A DNA stretch of 42,831 nt from an uncultured Gammaproteobacteria bacterium (lineage in GTDB: Bacteria; Patescibacteriota; Patescibacteriia; Patescibacteriales; UBA12465), in assembly GCA_964351585.1 (NCBI GenBank), contig CAYGOK010000003.1:10043-52873 (forward strand), read 5' to 3'. The position numbers and the translations under genes were made by a program. The notes under the pieces were generated by a model that saw only the letters and a list, made by a program, of their open reading frames with translations, searched no databases and was not told where the DNA came from. Numbering within the stretch: the first letter of the stretch is position 1; each line of letters opens with the position of its first letter. Below are positions 33,763 to 42,831 of the stretch, piece by piece.

Positions 33763-35460
33763 TTACATTTCTTCTAATACCGGTAAACCCAAGACTTTGA
33801 AGCCGTTTTCTAAAACTTGCGCAACTGCTTTAACTAAAGCGAGGCGAGCCTTCTTTACTTTTTGCTCTGACTTTAGAATATTTATGGAATGATAATAATC
33901 ATTAGATTCTTTAGCTAACTCAAATAGATATTTAGCAATCTCTCCTGGGTTTTTCTTATCATTAGCGGCCACAATAATTTCCGGATAACGAGCTATCCTC
34001 ATTAGCAATTCCTTTTCTTTTGCTTCTGTTAGTACGGAAAAGTCCGTCCTGCCTAAGAAAAAACTGCTACCTTCTTTTCGCAAGATGCTTTTTAGTCTAG
34101 CATAGCTATATTCCAAATAACAAGCGGTGTAGCCTTCAAATTTAAGGGCTTCTTCAATATTAAAAGTCATAATCTTATCAGCGCTGACTTTTAACATTTC
34201 AAATTTAATAACCGCCACAGCTAAATCTTCAGCTGTTTTAGAAACATCTTCTAAAGACCAATCCTCGCGCTTAGCTCTAGTTTCTTTTTCTAATCTACTT
34301 TTAACCCTATCTTTTAATTCTCGATAGGTAATCACGTTTCCGGTACGAGAAGACATCATGCCTTCTGGCAAGGTCACAAAATCATAAGGCAAATGAGTCA
34401 GTTTTTGTTTATACCCAAGAAGTTCAAGAACTTTAAATAACTGTTTGAAATATTGACTTTGACGAATGTCAACAACATAAATCGACTCCGTTAAATCATA
34501 TAAACTAAATTTATTAACCGCTAAGGCTAAGTCTGCGACTGGATAAAGCGCTGTTCCGTCAGAGCGGATGACTGGCAAAACTCCTAAGCCATATTTTTCC
34601 AAATCTGCAATAATCGCTCCCTGGCTTTCAATTAAGATATTCTTATCACGCAAAGACTTAACCATAGCCAATCCTTCCGAAATTACCTCGCTTTCATAAA
34701 AAGTGCGAACAAACTTAATACCTAGCTCTTTATAGATAGAAGAGAAGTACTCAATACTCCAGTCTCTCGTCTCCTTCCATAACATATAACTCTCTCCCTG
34801 ACGACTCTCTATTTCCTGCATTACTTTAGTAACTTCAATTTTGTATTCAGGTCTTTCTGTTAATTTTTGGCTAGCTTCAGCATAACATTTTCCCAACAAA
34901 AAGCCTTTAGGTTCGTCTAGATTGGCATAGGCCGGATTTTTTTTCCAATTCCATAGGGTTTTAGCAACATGAATACCGAAATCATTAATATATGAAACTC
35001 TAACAGATGAAAATCCATTAGCATCAAGAATGCGACTAACGGCGTCTCCATAGGAAATATTACGCAAATGACCTACATGATACTCTTTGTGAGTATTACC
35101 ATTAGAATATTCAACCATTATCTTATTCCCTTGGCCGCTATTATTGGTCCCGTACTTATTTTTTTCAGTCCTTATCGCGGTTATAATATTTTTTGCTAGA
35201 AAAGAAGAAGAAAAAACAAAGTTCACATACGGGCCTACGGTTTTAATCTCAGAAAAAATTTCTTTTAAATCTTCAGACTTTTGTATTTTCTCCGACCAAG
35301 CAATTGCTAAATTATTAGGACTTTGATTAGCCTTTTTTGCTGCCTCAAAACAAGCCAAACTTAAATCTCCCAGTTCTGAATTAGGCGGATAAGAAAACAT
35401 CGGCTTTTCTTGTTCAAGCAAAGTAGCAATTTTAATTTTTACATCTTCAATCAGAGTCAT
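33763..35460 (-). CDS. argS: Arginine--tRNA ligase
   Basis: HIGH-type motif NGNTHKEYHVGHLRN, the MSSRTGNV loop and a C-terminal DALR anticodon-binding domain. I prefer ATG 35460 (MTLIEDV) to the TTG at 35493. Confidence 0.9.
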   Translation of the reverse strand: MTLIEDVKIKIATLLEQEKPMFSYPPNSELGDLSLACFEAAKKANQSPNNLAIAWSEKIQKSEDLKEIFSEIKTVGPYVNFVFSSSFLAKNIITAIRTEKNKYGTNNSGQGNKIMVEYSNGNTHKEYHVGHLRNISYGDAVSRILDANGFSSVRVSYINDFGIHVAKTLWNWKKNPAYANLDEPKGFLLGKCYAEASQKLTERPEYKIEVTKVMQEIESRQGESYMLWKETRDWSIEYFSSIYKELGIKFVRTFYESEVISEGLAMVKSLRDKNILIESQGAIIADLEKYGLGVLPVIRSDGTALYPVADLALAVNKFSLYDLTESIYVVDIRQSQYFKQLFKVLELLGYKQKLTHLPYDFVTLPEGMMSSRTGNVITYRELKDRVKSRLEKETRAKREDWSLEDVSKTAEDLAVAVIKFEMLKVSADKIMTFNIEEALKFEGYTACYLEYSYARLKSILRKEGSSFFLGRTDFSVLTEAKEKELLMRIARYPEIIVAANDKKNPGEIAKYLFELAKESNDYYHSINILKSEQKVKKARLALVKAVAQVLENGFKVLGLPVLEEM

Positions 35461-35518
35461 AATGATAATTTTTGCAAGCGCCAAGGGCGCCAAATCCTTG
35501 GTAATAATAATATAATTA

Positions 35519-35527
35519 TGTTATAAT
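35519..35527 (+). promoter_or_regulatory. Candidate extended -10 (TGTTATAAT) for the membrane-protein/tandem-ATPase operon
   Basis: An exact TGnTATAAT 75 nt upstream of ATG 35602, in the divergent region shared with argS. Confidence 0.4.
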
Positions 35528-35601
35528 ACTAACAGACTTCTTCAAGTTTTTCAATCAATATAAATAATCAAGCCGACTAACCCGGTCGACTTATAAATCT
35601 T

Positions 35602-36576
35602 ATGTTTTCTTATCGCGCACTCTTACAACAAGCCTGGAAAATTACCTGGGATTACAAAACTCTTTGGCTTTTTGGAGTTTTTGCCTCAATCGCGGCCGCT
35701 AGTGGCTCCTTTGAGTATCAAATTTTGGTTAATAATTTCCAAAATGGAGTTCTAGAAAGCTCTTACTATCACTTAGGCATGTTTTTATTAATTTTAAAAA
35801 CTATTGGTGGCTTTATTCTTGGCCTAATTAATCTTTTTTCCTACAATATCCTTGATATTATCAACACGCTAACTATCCTAATTATTACAGGGACAATTAT
35901 TGCTTCTTTTGTCTGGTTGTCTATCACTTCTCAAGGAGCTTTAGTGTTAAACGCAAAAAAATTAATTGCAACTAAGAAAAAGTCCGAAAACATTGATATT
36001 AAAGAAAGTTTTGCGCAGGGCAATAAATATTTCTGGCAAATTCTTGGATTTAACGTTTTAGCAAAGTTTGCTATTGCCGTAATTCTATTCTTAATCAGCC
36101 TACCTCTTGTCTTCTTAGCCAGCAAAGCCTCTGATTTACTATCCTCTTTATATACTTTAGCTTTTATTATTTTTATACCATTAGCGATTGCTGCTTCCTT
36201 AATCTTAAAATATGCAATTGCCTACTTAGTATTAGAGGATGAAAATTTTTGCTCAGCTTTTAAAAAATCTTGGCGCCTATTTATCAAAAACTGGTTAGTT
36301 AGTGTAGAAATGGGCATTATTCTGTTCTTGATTAGCTTCTTGGTTGGCATCGTTCTACTTGCACTAATGTCTGTCTTCATCTTCCCTTACTTCATTTTTG
36401 CGCTAGACTACGGAGTGGGCTGGTTAATGATAACCTTAGCTCTTATTACTTTCTTCTTGCTACTGATTAGCAGCGCGATTTTATCAACTTTCCAAATTTC
36501 CGCCTGGACTGGCTTATTCTTAGATTTAAAGAACAATCGTGGCTTAGCCAAGCTTGAGAGACTATTTAAAAAATAA
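35602..36576 (+). CDS. Polytopic membrane protein (about 7 TM helices), unknown function; first gene of the operon
   Basis: Hydrophobic segments throughout. N-terminus: MFSYRALLQQAWKITWDYKTLWLFGVF. No GspF/PilC motifs. The stop lies 8 nt before the ATPase gene. Confidence 0.7.
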   Translation: MFSYRALLQQAWKITWDYKTLWLFGVFASIAAASGSFEYQILVNNFQNGVLESSYYHLGMFLLILKTIGGFILGLINLFSYNILDIINTLTILIITGTIIASFVWLSITSQGALVLNAKKLIATKKKSENIDIKESFAQGNKYFWQILGFNVLAKFAIAVILFLISLPLVFLASKASDLLSSLYTLAFIIFIPLAIAASLILKYAIAYLVLEDENFCSAFKKSWRLFIKNWLVSVEMGIILFLISFLVGIVLLALMSVFIFPYFIFALDYGVGWLMITLALITFFLLLISSAILSTFQISAWTGLFLDLKNNRGLAKLERLFKK

Positions 36577-36584
36577 CCTTTATT

Positions 36585-39500
36585 ATGAATCCAGTTGATT
36601 CAATAGAAAATCTGATAAACCCTACAGGCGACGAACAAAGCGTCGCCGGTATTTTTGCTAAAAAGCAAAGGGAGATAAAACAGAAAGAAGCAGAAAGACA
36701 AACTCAGCGCGATGCCTCTGATGTTGCTTTAGAATATATAAATCTATTCGGATTTCCCATTAGCCCCGAGGCACTAGGTCTAATCAGTGAAGAAAGAGCC
36801 AAAGAACTGAAGGCGGTCTGTTTTTTTTATGATGGACACAATTTACGTCTTGCCTGCTTAGCTCCTACTGAGGAAGTCTTAGCCGAACTAAAAAACTTAT
36901 CAGACAAGCACTTTGCTAACGCTAAGCTATATTTAATTTCTGAAAATAGCTTAAGTTACGCTCTAGACGCCTATCGCGCTGTTCCAAAAGTAAAAAAATA
37001 TGATAGCGGAGTAGAAATTAGTAAAGTCCAGCTACAAAAATTTAAAGACGACATTACTAGCTACAAAAGCTTAAATGATAAGATTAACGAAGTTAATATT
37101 ACCGATGTAATCACTTTAATGCTCGCAACCGCGATTAAGGTGGGAGCAAGTGATATCCATATTGAAGCCGAGGAAAGAGGCGTGGTAATTCGCATCCGTA
37201 TCGATGGCGTTCTCCAGGAAGCAGCAGTTATTGCCCGTGATAAGTGGCAAAAAATTATTTCTCGTCTAAAAATTCTTTCTAAGGTAAAGCTTAACATCGA
37301 GAACAAACCGCAAGACGGTCGCTATACAATTTTTCTTCAGGATCATAAAATCGATGTCCGCTGTTCATTTTTACCGACCGCCTTTGGCGAGAGCGTAGTC
37401 ATGCGCTTACTTGATTCTCATACTTCCGCTCTTAATTTAAGCAAGCTTGGAATACGAGCAGAAGTTATGCCGATTTTGCAAAAAGAAATTTCAAAGCCAA
37501 ACGGTTTAATTTTAACAACTGGCCCAACCGGTAGCGGTAAAACTACTACGCTATACTCTGTCTTAAGCCAGCTCAACAAACCTGGTAACAAGATTATCAC
37601 TTTAGAAGAGCCCATTGAATATCAACTTCCTGGCATCAATCAAAGCCAAGTCGACGCTAAGCATGGTTTTAATTTTTCCGAAGGCTTGCGTTCTATTTTA
37701 CGACAAGATCCAAACATCGTTATGGTTGGAGAAATTCGTGATTTAGAAACAGCCGAGATTGCTATTCAAGCTGCTCTAACAGGACACTTAGTGCTGTCCA
37801 CTTTACACACCAACGATGCTTCTGGTGTTATTCCTCGCATGATTGATATTGGAGTTAAGCCTTATTTTCTAGCCCCAGCGGTTAATGCTGTCATTGGTCA
37901 GCGTTTAGTTAGGCAATTATGCACTCACTGTCGACAAGATAAAACGATTACCCCAGATGAAGAAGAATTAATTTACAAGATTCTGGCTGTTATTTCTCCT
38001 AAGGCCGGCATTAACGTACCATCAGCGCTTCCTAAAATTTTTCAATCAGGTGCTGGCTGTGAACACTGTAACTTCACCGGCTACAGTGGTCGCTCTGGTA
38101 TTTTTGAAATTTTTACAATTAGCGATAATATCCGCCAATTAACGATTGATAATGCCCCTTCGTTTAAAATTTTACAACAGGCTATCGAAAACGGCATGAT
38201 AACTATGCTACAAGATGGCGTCTTAAAAGTTTTAGAAGGTGAAACCAGTCTTGAAGAAATTTATCGTGTCATTGGCAATTTCGACTATGTAAATGAGCTC
38301 TATGATATTGTTATTTCTCAAACTATTGGCCGCGGTATTAGAATAAAAGAAGAGGAGATGAATGAAATTACTGAAATCGGCAAAGACATTTTAAATATCG
38401 GTGACCGCGCTAATCAAATCCCGAGCTCAAAATTAGTTGCCCTCACTATGGGATTAGCTGTTTTACGTGATGCTGGCGATGTTCACATTGAACCAACTGA
38501 AAGTGATGTAAAAATCCGCTTCCGTATCGATGGTATTATGCATGATGTTTTCTCAGTACCTAAAACTAGTTACTTGCCATTACTCTCAGAAATAAAAATT
38601 TTGGCCGGTACGCCAACTAACGTAAAGAAGGCAACTTTTGATGGTCGTTTTAGTATTTATTTACCACCAAATAGAAAAATCGATTGTCGTTTATCAATTA
38701 TTGCCGGCGGTTATGGCGAAACAATCGTTGTCCGCTTACTCTCTTCCTCGGCTGCTAGCTTAGAGCTTCCAAAGTTAGGCGTTTCTTCGGTTGCCCTTGA
38801 ATCAATGGGTCGCGCCATGAAGAAAAATCGTGGCATTATTATTACTACTGGTCCAACCGGTAGCGGTAAAACCACGACGCTCTACAGTATGCTCAACCAA
38901 TTAAATCATCCTGATGTAAAAATTATTACTGTCGAAGATCCAATTGAATATCAGCTCGCTGGCGTTATGCAAACCCAAATCGATGAAGCAAACGGCTACA
39001 CTTTTGCCTCAGCGATGCGTTCCTTATTACGTCAAAACCCTAATATCATGATGATTGGTGAAATCCGTGATAATGAAACCGCTAAGATTGCGATTGAGGC
39101 CGCGATGACTGGTCATTTAGTATTATCCACTATTCATGCCAATTCTGCTGCAGGAGCGATTTTCCGTTTTGCTGGTCTTGGTGTAGAAAGACAAATGCTT
39201 GCTAACTCAATGGAGTTTGCTATTGGCCAGCGCCTAGCTAGACGTCTCTGTCCTCATTGTAAACAGACTACTGAAATATCGTCTGAGAATTTAACTCGTG
39301 TTAAAGAAATTCTAAGCGGCATTAAAAACCCAGCAGTTTCAATTCCAGAGCAAATGACATTTTATAAGAGTGTCGGTTGTGAGCAGTGCGGACAAATTGG
39401 CTACAAAGGTAGAATCGGTTTATATGAAACTATTGAGTTAACACCTAACATCCGCAAACTAATGCAATCGGAAGGCATTACCGAATATGAAATTGAACAA

Positions 39501-39599
39501 ACTGCTATAAACGAAGGCATGGTAACAATGCTACAAGATGGTATTTTAAAAGCCTTGGCCGGAGAGACTTCTCTAGAAGAAATTTTCCGTGTCTCTTAA
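36585..39599 (+). CDS. Tandem (duplicated) GspE/PilB-family secretion ATPase: N-terminal T2SSE_N-like domain plus two complete N2-CTD ATPase modules in one 1004-aa chain
   Basis: Module 1 (about aa 172-562): Walker A GPTGSGKTTT (37521-37544 encode GPTGSGKT), Asp box ITLEEPIEY, Walker B IVMVGEIRD, His box GHLVLSTLHTNDA, and Cys pairs CTHC...CEHC. Module 2 (about aa 612-1004): GPTGSGKTTT (38850-38873 encode GPTGSGKT), ITVEDPIEY, IMMIGEIRD, GHLVLSTIHANSA and CPHC...CEQC. The two are joined by a linker of about 50 aa with no stop or frameshift. Confidence 0.85.
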   Translation: MNPVDSIENLINPTGDEQSVAGIFAKKQREIKQKEAERQTQRDASDVALEYINLFGFPISPEALGLISEERAKELKAVCFFYDGHNLRLACLAPTEEVLAELKNLSDKHFANAKLYLISENSLSYALDAYRAVPKVKKYDSGVEISKVQLQKFKDDITSYKSLNDKINEVNITDVITLMLATAIKVGASDIHIEAEERGVVIRIRIDGVLQEAAVIARDKWQKIISRLKILSKVKLNIENKPQDGRYTIFLQDHKIDVRCSFLPTAFGESVVMRLLDSHTSALNLSKLGIRAEVMPILQKEISKPNGLILTTGPTGSGKTTTLYSVLSQLNKPGNKIITLEEPIEYQLPGINQSQVDAKHGFNFSEGLRSILRQDPNIVMVGEIRDLETAEIAIQAALTGHLVLSTLHTNDASGVIPRMIDIGVKPYFLAPAVNAVIGQRLVRQLCTHCRQDKTITPDEEELIYKILAVISPKAGINVPSALPKIFQSGAGCEHCNFTGYSGRSGIFEIFTISDNIRQLTIDNAPSFKILQQAIENGMITMLQDGVLKVLEGETSLEEIYRVIGNFDYVNELYDIVISQTIGRGIRIKEEEMNEITEIGKDILNIGDRANQIPSSKLVALTMGLAVLRDAGDVHIEPTESDVKIRFRIDGIMHDVFSVPKTSYLPLLSEIKILAGTPTNVKKATFDGRFSIYLPPNRKIDCRLSIIAGGYGETIVVRLLSSSAASLELPKLGVSSVALESMGRAMKKNRGIIITTGPTGSGKTTTLYSMLNQLNHPDVKIITVEDPIEYQLAGVMQTQIDEANGYTFASAMRSLLRQNPNIMMIGEIRDNETAKIAIEAAMTGHLVLSTIHANSAAGAIFRFAGLGVERQMLANSMEFAIGQRLARRLCPHCKQTTEISSENLTRVKEILSGIKNPAVSIPEQMTFYKSVGCEQCGQIGYKGRIGLYETIELTPNIRKLMQSEGITEYEIEQTAINEGMVTMLQDGILKALAGETSLEEIFRVS

Positions 39600-39616
39600 A
39601 AATAAACTTTACAACT

Positions 39617-40192
39617 ATGATTGATAAGAAATTTCTAGAAAACCTAAAAGAAGATTACGCTGCTAACGAAAAAGAACGTCGCCAAATTATTAGTGCCTCT
39701 AACGGAATTTTATTTGAAGCGAAAAAAATTATTTTTGCCATTCAGCGCCATGATTTAAAAACAGCAGCTGAAAAATTAACGACTCTCGAAACTGAATTTA
39801 GAAGTCTAGAGAAACGCTTCGGGCTTGACCGTTTGCGCAAAGAAGGCGCATACAAAGCGGCAGCTGAAGAATATCTTGAAGGCAAAACTCTGTTTTTGGT
39901 AATTAAGAAAAAACCAATTACTAAGATTGATGATATATCTTTCGACTATGAAGCCTATTTGGGTGGCATCTGTGATTTAATTGGCGAGCTGGTGCGATAT
40001 GCTACCAATCAAGCAGCTAAAGGAAAATTTTCTGAAGTTGCCAAAATTAAAAAAGCGGCTGATGATATCATGGTGCAATTAGTAGATTTTGACATGACCG
40101 GCTATCTGCGCACAAAATACGACCAAGCACGTGGTCACTTGAGAAAACTCGAACAAATGGCTTACGAAATACGCTTGAAAACTGGAAAATAA
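39617..40192 (+). CDS. Translin-family-like protein (tentative)
   Basis: All-helical 191-aa protein. YLGGICDLIGELVRYA resembles the conserved translin 'Y..g..D..GEL.R' segment. Recognised by eye only. Confidence 0.5.
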   Translation: MIDKKFLENLKEDYAANEKERRQIISASNGILFEAKKIIFAIQRHDLKTAAEKLTTLETEFRSLEKRFGLDRLRKEGAYKAAAEEYLEGKTLFLVIKKKPITKIDDISFDYEAYLGGICDLIGELVRYATNQAAKGKFSEVAKIKKAADDIMVQLVDFDMTGYLRTKYDQARGHLRKLEQMAYEIRLKTGK

Positions 40193-40194
40193 CT

Positions 40195-40689
40195 ATGCAC
40201 CTAGCAATCATTTCCGACCTGCACGACAATCTAATTAATCTGAAACAGTGCCTTGATTGGTGCAAAGAAAGTAAAATCCAAAAGATAATTTGTTGTGGTG
40301 ATGTTGGCAATCAAGAAACTATTTTATATCTCTCTGCTAATTTTAGCGGTGAGATTTTTTTAGTTGAAGGCAACGCCGAAACCTATCAATTAGAAGATTT
40401 AAAACCCTTAACTAATATAAAGTTTTTTGGACTACTGGGTAAAATAGAAACAGAAAATTTAAATATAGGTTTCTGTCATAAAGAAAAAGATATTCCCGGT
40501 TTACTCATAGACAACTCGCAGCTCGACTTTATATTTTATGGACACAGCCACAAGCCTTGGTTAGAAAAAATGGGTAAAACAATGATGGCAAACCCAGGGA
40601 ATCTTGCCGGAATCTTTTTTGCTCCAACTTTTGCTGTGCTTAATACAGAAAATAAACATCTTGAGTTAAAACTACTATCCAACCTATGA
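40195..40689 (+). CDS. Metallophosphoesterase, YfcE/MJ0936-like
   Basis: MHLAIISDLHDN, CCGDVG, EGNAE and YGHSHKPW. Confidence 0.8.
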   Translation: MHLAIISDLHDNLINLKQCLDWCKESKIQKIICCGDVGNQETILYLSANFSGEIFLVEGNAETYQLEDLKPLTNIKFFGLLGKIETENLNIGFCHKEKDIPGLLIDNSQLDFIFYGHSHKPWLEKMGKTMMANPGNLAGIFFAPTFAVLNTENKHLELKLLSNL

Positions 40690-41489
40690 AAAAATCTATT
40701 TACCTAACCACCTTATCACCAATCATTCAAACAGTTGGCCAAAAAGCTCATAAGGCATGGTTAAATTTTGATCGTCGCCAAACAAAATTAAAAAGTCAGA
40801 CCCAAATAGTGACCGCTGTCGACCAAGTGACTGAAAAAGCATTGGTAAAACAAATTAAAAAACATTTTAAAGATCACGCTTTCTTAGGAGAAGAATATGG
40901 CGCGAGTAAAAAAACATCTAACTATACCTGGATTATAGATCCAATCGATGGCACTACTAATTTTTCTATTCATAACCCGCTCTGGTCAATTTCAGTTGGC
41001 TTGGCTTACCAAGGAGAAATAATTTTTGGCATGATTTATGCACCAGTTCTTCAAGAATTATTTTGGGCAGAAAAAGGAAGAGGAGCTTATTTAAATGGCA
41101 AACGTTTACGATTAACAAGGCAGAATATAAAAAATAGAAATGGCAAACTAATTCACGCTTTCTGTCATGGTGACAAAAAACGTGACTTAGAAATTGCTTT
41201 AGCTTATTATCGAAATCAAAAACTTAACGCCTTAGATTGTAGACAGCTTGGTAGCGCCGCTCTTGAGCTAGCTTACGTTGCTAGTGGTCGCATTGATTCC
41301 CTGGTAATCCCTGGTGCTAAATCTTGGGATATTGCCGCCGGAGCCTTAATCGCTCGTGAAGCAGGTGCCGTAGTTAAGGATTTCTCTGGACAGAATTGGA
41401 AAGTTTCCAGCCAAGATATTTTAACTTGTCACGCAGAAATATTACCTGATGTTCTAAAGCAAATAAAAAAAGCTTATCTTAGAAAATAA
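40686..41489 (+). CDS. suhB: Inositol monophosphatase family protein
   Basis: FLGEE, WIIDPIDGTTNF and WDIAAGALIAREAG. An ATGA overlap links it to the upstream gene. Confidence 0.85.
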   Translation: MKKSIYLTTLSPIIQTVGQKAHKAWLNFDRRQTKLKSQTQIVTAVDQVTEKALVKQIKKHFKDHAFLGEEYGASKKTSNYTWIIDPIDGTTNFSIHNPLWSISVGLAYQGEIIFGMIYAPVLQELFWAEKGRGAYLNGKRLRLTRQNIKNRNGKLIHAFCHGDKKRDLEIALAYYRNQKLNALDCRQLGSAALELAYVASGRIDSLVIPGAKSWDIAAGALIAREAGAVVKDFSGQNWKVSSQDILTCHAEILPDVLKQIKKAYLRK

Positions 41490-41504
41490 AGAAATTACAA
41501 AAAC

Positions 41505-41535
41505 AAAAACCCCAGTTTTAACACTGGGGTTTTTG
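41505..41535. terminator. Bidirectional rho-independent terminator between convergent suhB-like gene and uvrA
   Basis: aaaaaCCCCAGT-tttaac-ACTGGGGttttt. Confidence 0.7.
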
Positions 41536-41559
41536 TATAATAAAACTATAGCTTGTATT

Positions 41560-42831
41560 TTATTTTTCCATCACCTCTTGTAGGTAGCGTCCAGTAAAAC
41601 TATTTTTCACTTGAGCTACTTCTGGGGGCGTGCCAGCAGTCACTAAATTGCCGCCCCGCTCTCCCCCTTCTGGACCAAGGTCAATAACCCAATCAGAAGA
41701 TTTAATTACATCGAGATTATGTTCAATTACTAATACGGTGTTACCCTGATCAACTAGCATATTTAAAACCTTAAGCAAACGATCAATATCATCAAAATGT
41801 AAACCAGTTGTCGGTTCATCTAAAATATAAAGAGTCTTTCCAGTTGAGCGACGTGCCAACTCAGTTGCTAGTTTAATACGCTGCGCCTCACCCCCAGAAA
41901 AAGTAGTTGCACTTTGTCCTAGGCGAATATAACCAAGACCAACCTCTTCAAGTGTGCTTAATTTTTGAACAATTGGCGGAACATTGCGAAAAAATTCTCG
42001 CGCCTCGCTCACCGTCATTTCTAAAACTTCGTAAATATTCTTTCCTTGATACAACACTTCTAAAACCTTTTCTTTAAACTTCTTGCCACCACAGACATCA
42101 CAGGTGATATAAACATCCGACAAAAATTGCATTTCGATTTTAATGGAACCATCACCGGCACAATTTTCACAGCGACCACCCGGAACGTTGAAAGAAAAAT
42201 GCCCCGCCCCTAAACCTTTAACGCGTGCCTCTGGCAATTGCGCAAACAAATCACGGATATAGGTAAATAAACCAGTATAAGTAGCCGGGTTAGAACGTGG
42301 CGTTCGACCAATCGGTGACTGATCAATATCAATAACCTTATCGATATTTTCTAGACCTTTAATTTCTTGGTGCGCCCCAACATCTGCTTTAGCACGATAA
42401 AACTTTTTGTTTAAAGCATTCGCCAGAATATCGTTCATTAAAGTTGATTTACCAGAACCAGAAACTCCAGTAATTGAAACTAGTTTGCCAAGCGGAAAAC
42501 TAACATTAATATTTTTTAAATTATGCTCCTTAGCACCAACAATTTCTATTGCCTTACCAGATCCAGCACGAAATTTTGCAGGAACAGCAATTTTTTTGCG
42601 CCCAGAAAGATAGGCCCCGGTTAACGAAGACTGACAGCTCATAATGTCTTTTGGCTTACCAACAAACAAAACTTCGCCGCCATGCTCTCCTGCTCCTGGT
42701 CCAATATCTATGAGATAATCAGCTGCCAACATCGTCGCGGCATCATGCTCAACCACAATTACCGTATTACCGTTATCACGCAAACCTTTAAGCGTGCCAA
42801 TCAATTTATCATTATCTTTCTGATGTAAACC
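41560..42831 (-). CDS. uvrA: Excinuclease ABC subunit A, C-terminal portion (5' end off the right edge)
   Basis: The frame stays open to 42831: [30 protein letters not shown]. Second ABC module: [10 protein letters not shown], zinc finger CENCAGDG...CDVCGGK, LSGGEAQR-type [12 protein letters not shown] and [12 protein letters not shown]. Confidence 0.9.
   Translation of the reverse strand, partial: GLHQKDNDKLIGTLKGLRDNGNTVIVVEHDAATMLAADYLIDIGPGAGEHGGEVLFVGKPKDIMSCQSSLTGAYLSGRKKIAVPAKFRAGSGKAIEIVGAKEHNLKNINVSFPLGKLVSITGVSGSGKSTLMNDILANALNKKFYRAKADVGAHQEIKGLENIDKVIDIDQSPIGRTPRSNPATYTGLFTYIRDLFAQLPEARVKGLGAGHFSFNVPGGRCENCAGDGSIKIEMQFLSDVYITCDVCGGKKFKEKVLEVLYQGKNIYEVLEMTVSEAREFFRNVPPIVQKLSTLEEVGLGYIRLGQSATTFSGGEAQRIKLATELARRSTGKTLYILDEPTTGLHFDDIDRLLKVLNMLVDQGNTVLVIEHNLDVIKSSDWVIDLGPEGGERGGNLVTAGTPPEVAQVKNSFTGRYLQEVMEK

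Noticed and set aside
35461-35493. TTG-extended argS start, and a small GC hairpin (GCGCC-aag-GGCGC, 35478-35490) considered as a T-box or attenuator.
   Set aside because: The extension (MAPLALAKIII) is not ArgRS-like, and ATG 35460 fits. The leader is far too short for a T-box, with no specifier or antiterminator architecture and no following T-run.
36585-39599. The tandem ATPase as an assembly artefact (collapsed or duplicated repeat).
   Set aside because: The two halves differ at roughly half of the aa positions and throughout at the DNA level, and a unique in-frame linker of about 50 aa joins them. A recent assembly duplication would be near-identical. Read mapping is still advisable.
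1-42831. Search for tRNA, rRNA, CRISPR arrays, transposases, integrases and prophage genes.
   Set aside because: Intergenic spacers are all 200 nt or shorter, AT-rich, and lack cloverleaf-like GC segments or direct-repeat arrays. No ORF shows DDE, tyrosine-recombinase or serine-recombinase motifs.

Overview
This is a 42.8-kb, AT-rich, very gene-dense bacterial segment. I call about 36 protein genes, most on the minus strand, with short or overlapping junctions. I found no rRNA, tRNA, CRISPR array, transposase or integrase. All calls rest on reading the ORF translations and the DNA by eye; no HMM or BLAST search was run.

Most of the window is housekeeping:
- Translation and tRNA: hisS, rpsU, glyQS, argS, queA.
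- DNA metabolism: gyrA, ruvB, uvrA (partial), radC, rmuC, a UvrD-type helicase fused to a Cas4-like nuclease.
- Other: a short Rel-type (p)ppGpp enzyme, lepB, mscL, ndk, an M16 peptidase, a CapA-family protein, an IMPase and a metallophosphoesterase.

Gene content and style suggest a reduced genome of the Patescibacteria/CPR type. This placement is inference and cannot be proven from the window. The supporting points are a VirB2/TrbC-like pilin module, a standalone ComEC-type MBL protein, a short Rel, an almost purely informational gene set and compact operons.

The most unusual features are:
1. Positions 1-9099 hold a co-directional cluster of three secreted, cysteine-rich surface proteins of 887 aa, 1928 aa and a partial third. 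The two complete ones share a paralogous N-terminal module (signal peptide plus two TM helices) that resembles T4SS (VirB2/TrbC-type) pilins. In both it is fused to very large Ig-like, IPT/TIG, FN3 and Cys-dense ectodomains.
2. Positions 36585-39599 encode a 1004-aa protein with two complete, diverged GspE/PilB-type secretion ATPase modules in one chain. It sits second in a five-gene operon, behind a polytopic membrane protein, with no pilin or platform genes nearby.
3. Positions 32002-32166 encode a 54-aa Lys/Ala-rich histone-H1-like protein that the ORF track missed. It has its own SD, promoter and terminator.

Several transcription units are preceded by a recurrent extended -10 element (TGnTATAAT) and closed by clear rho-independent terminators.
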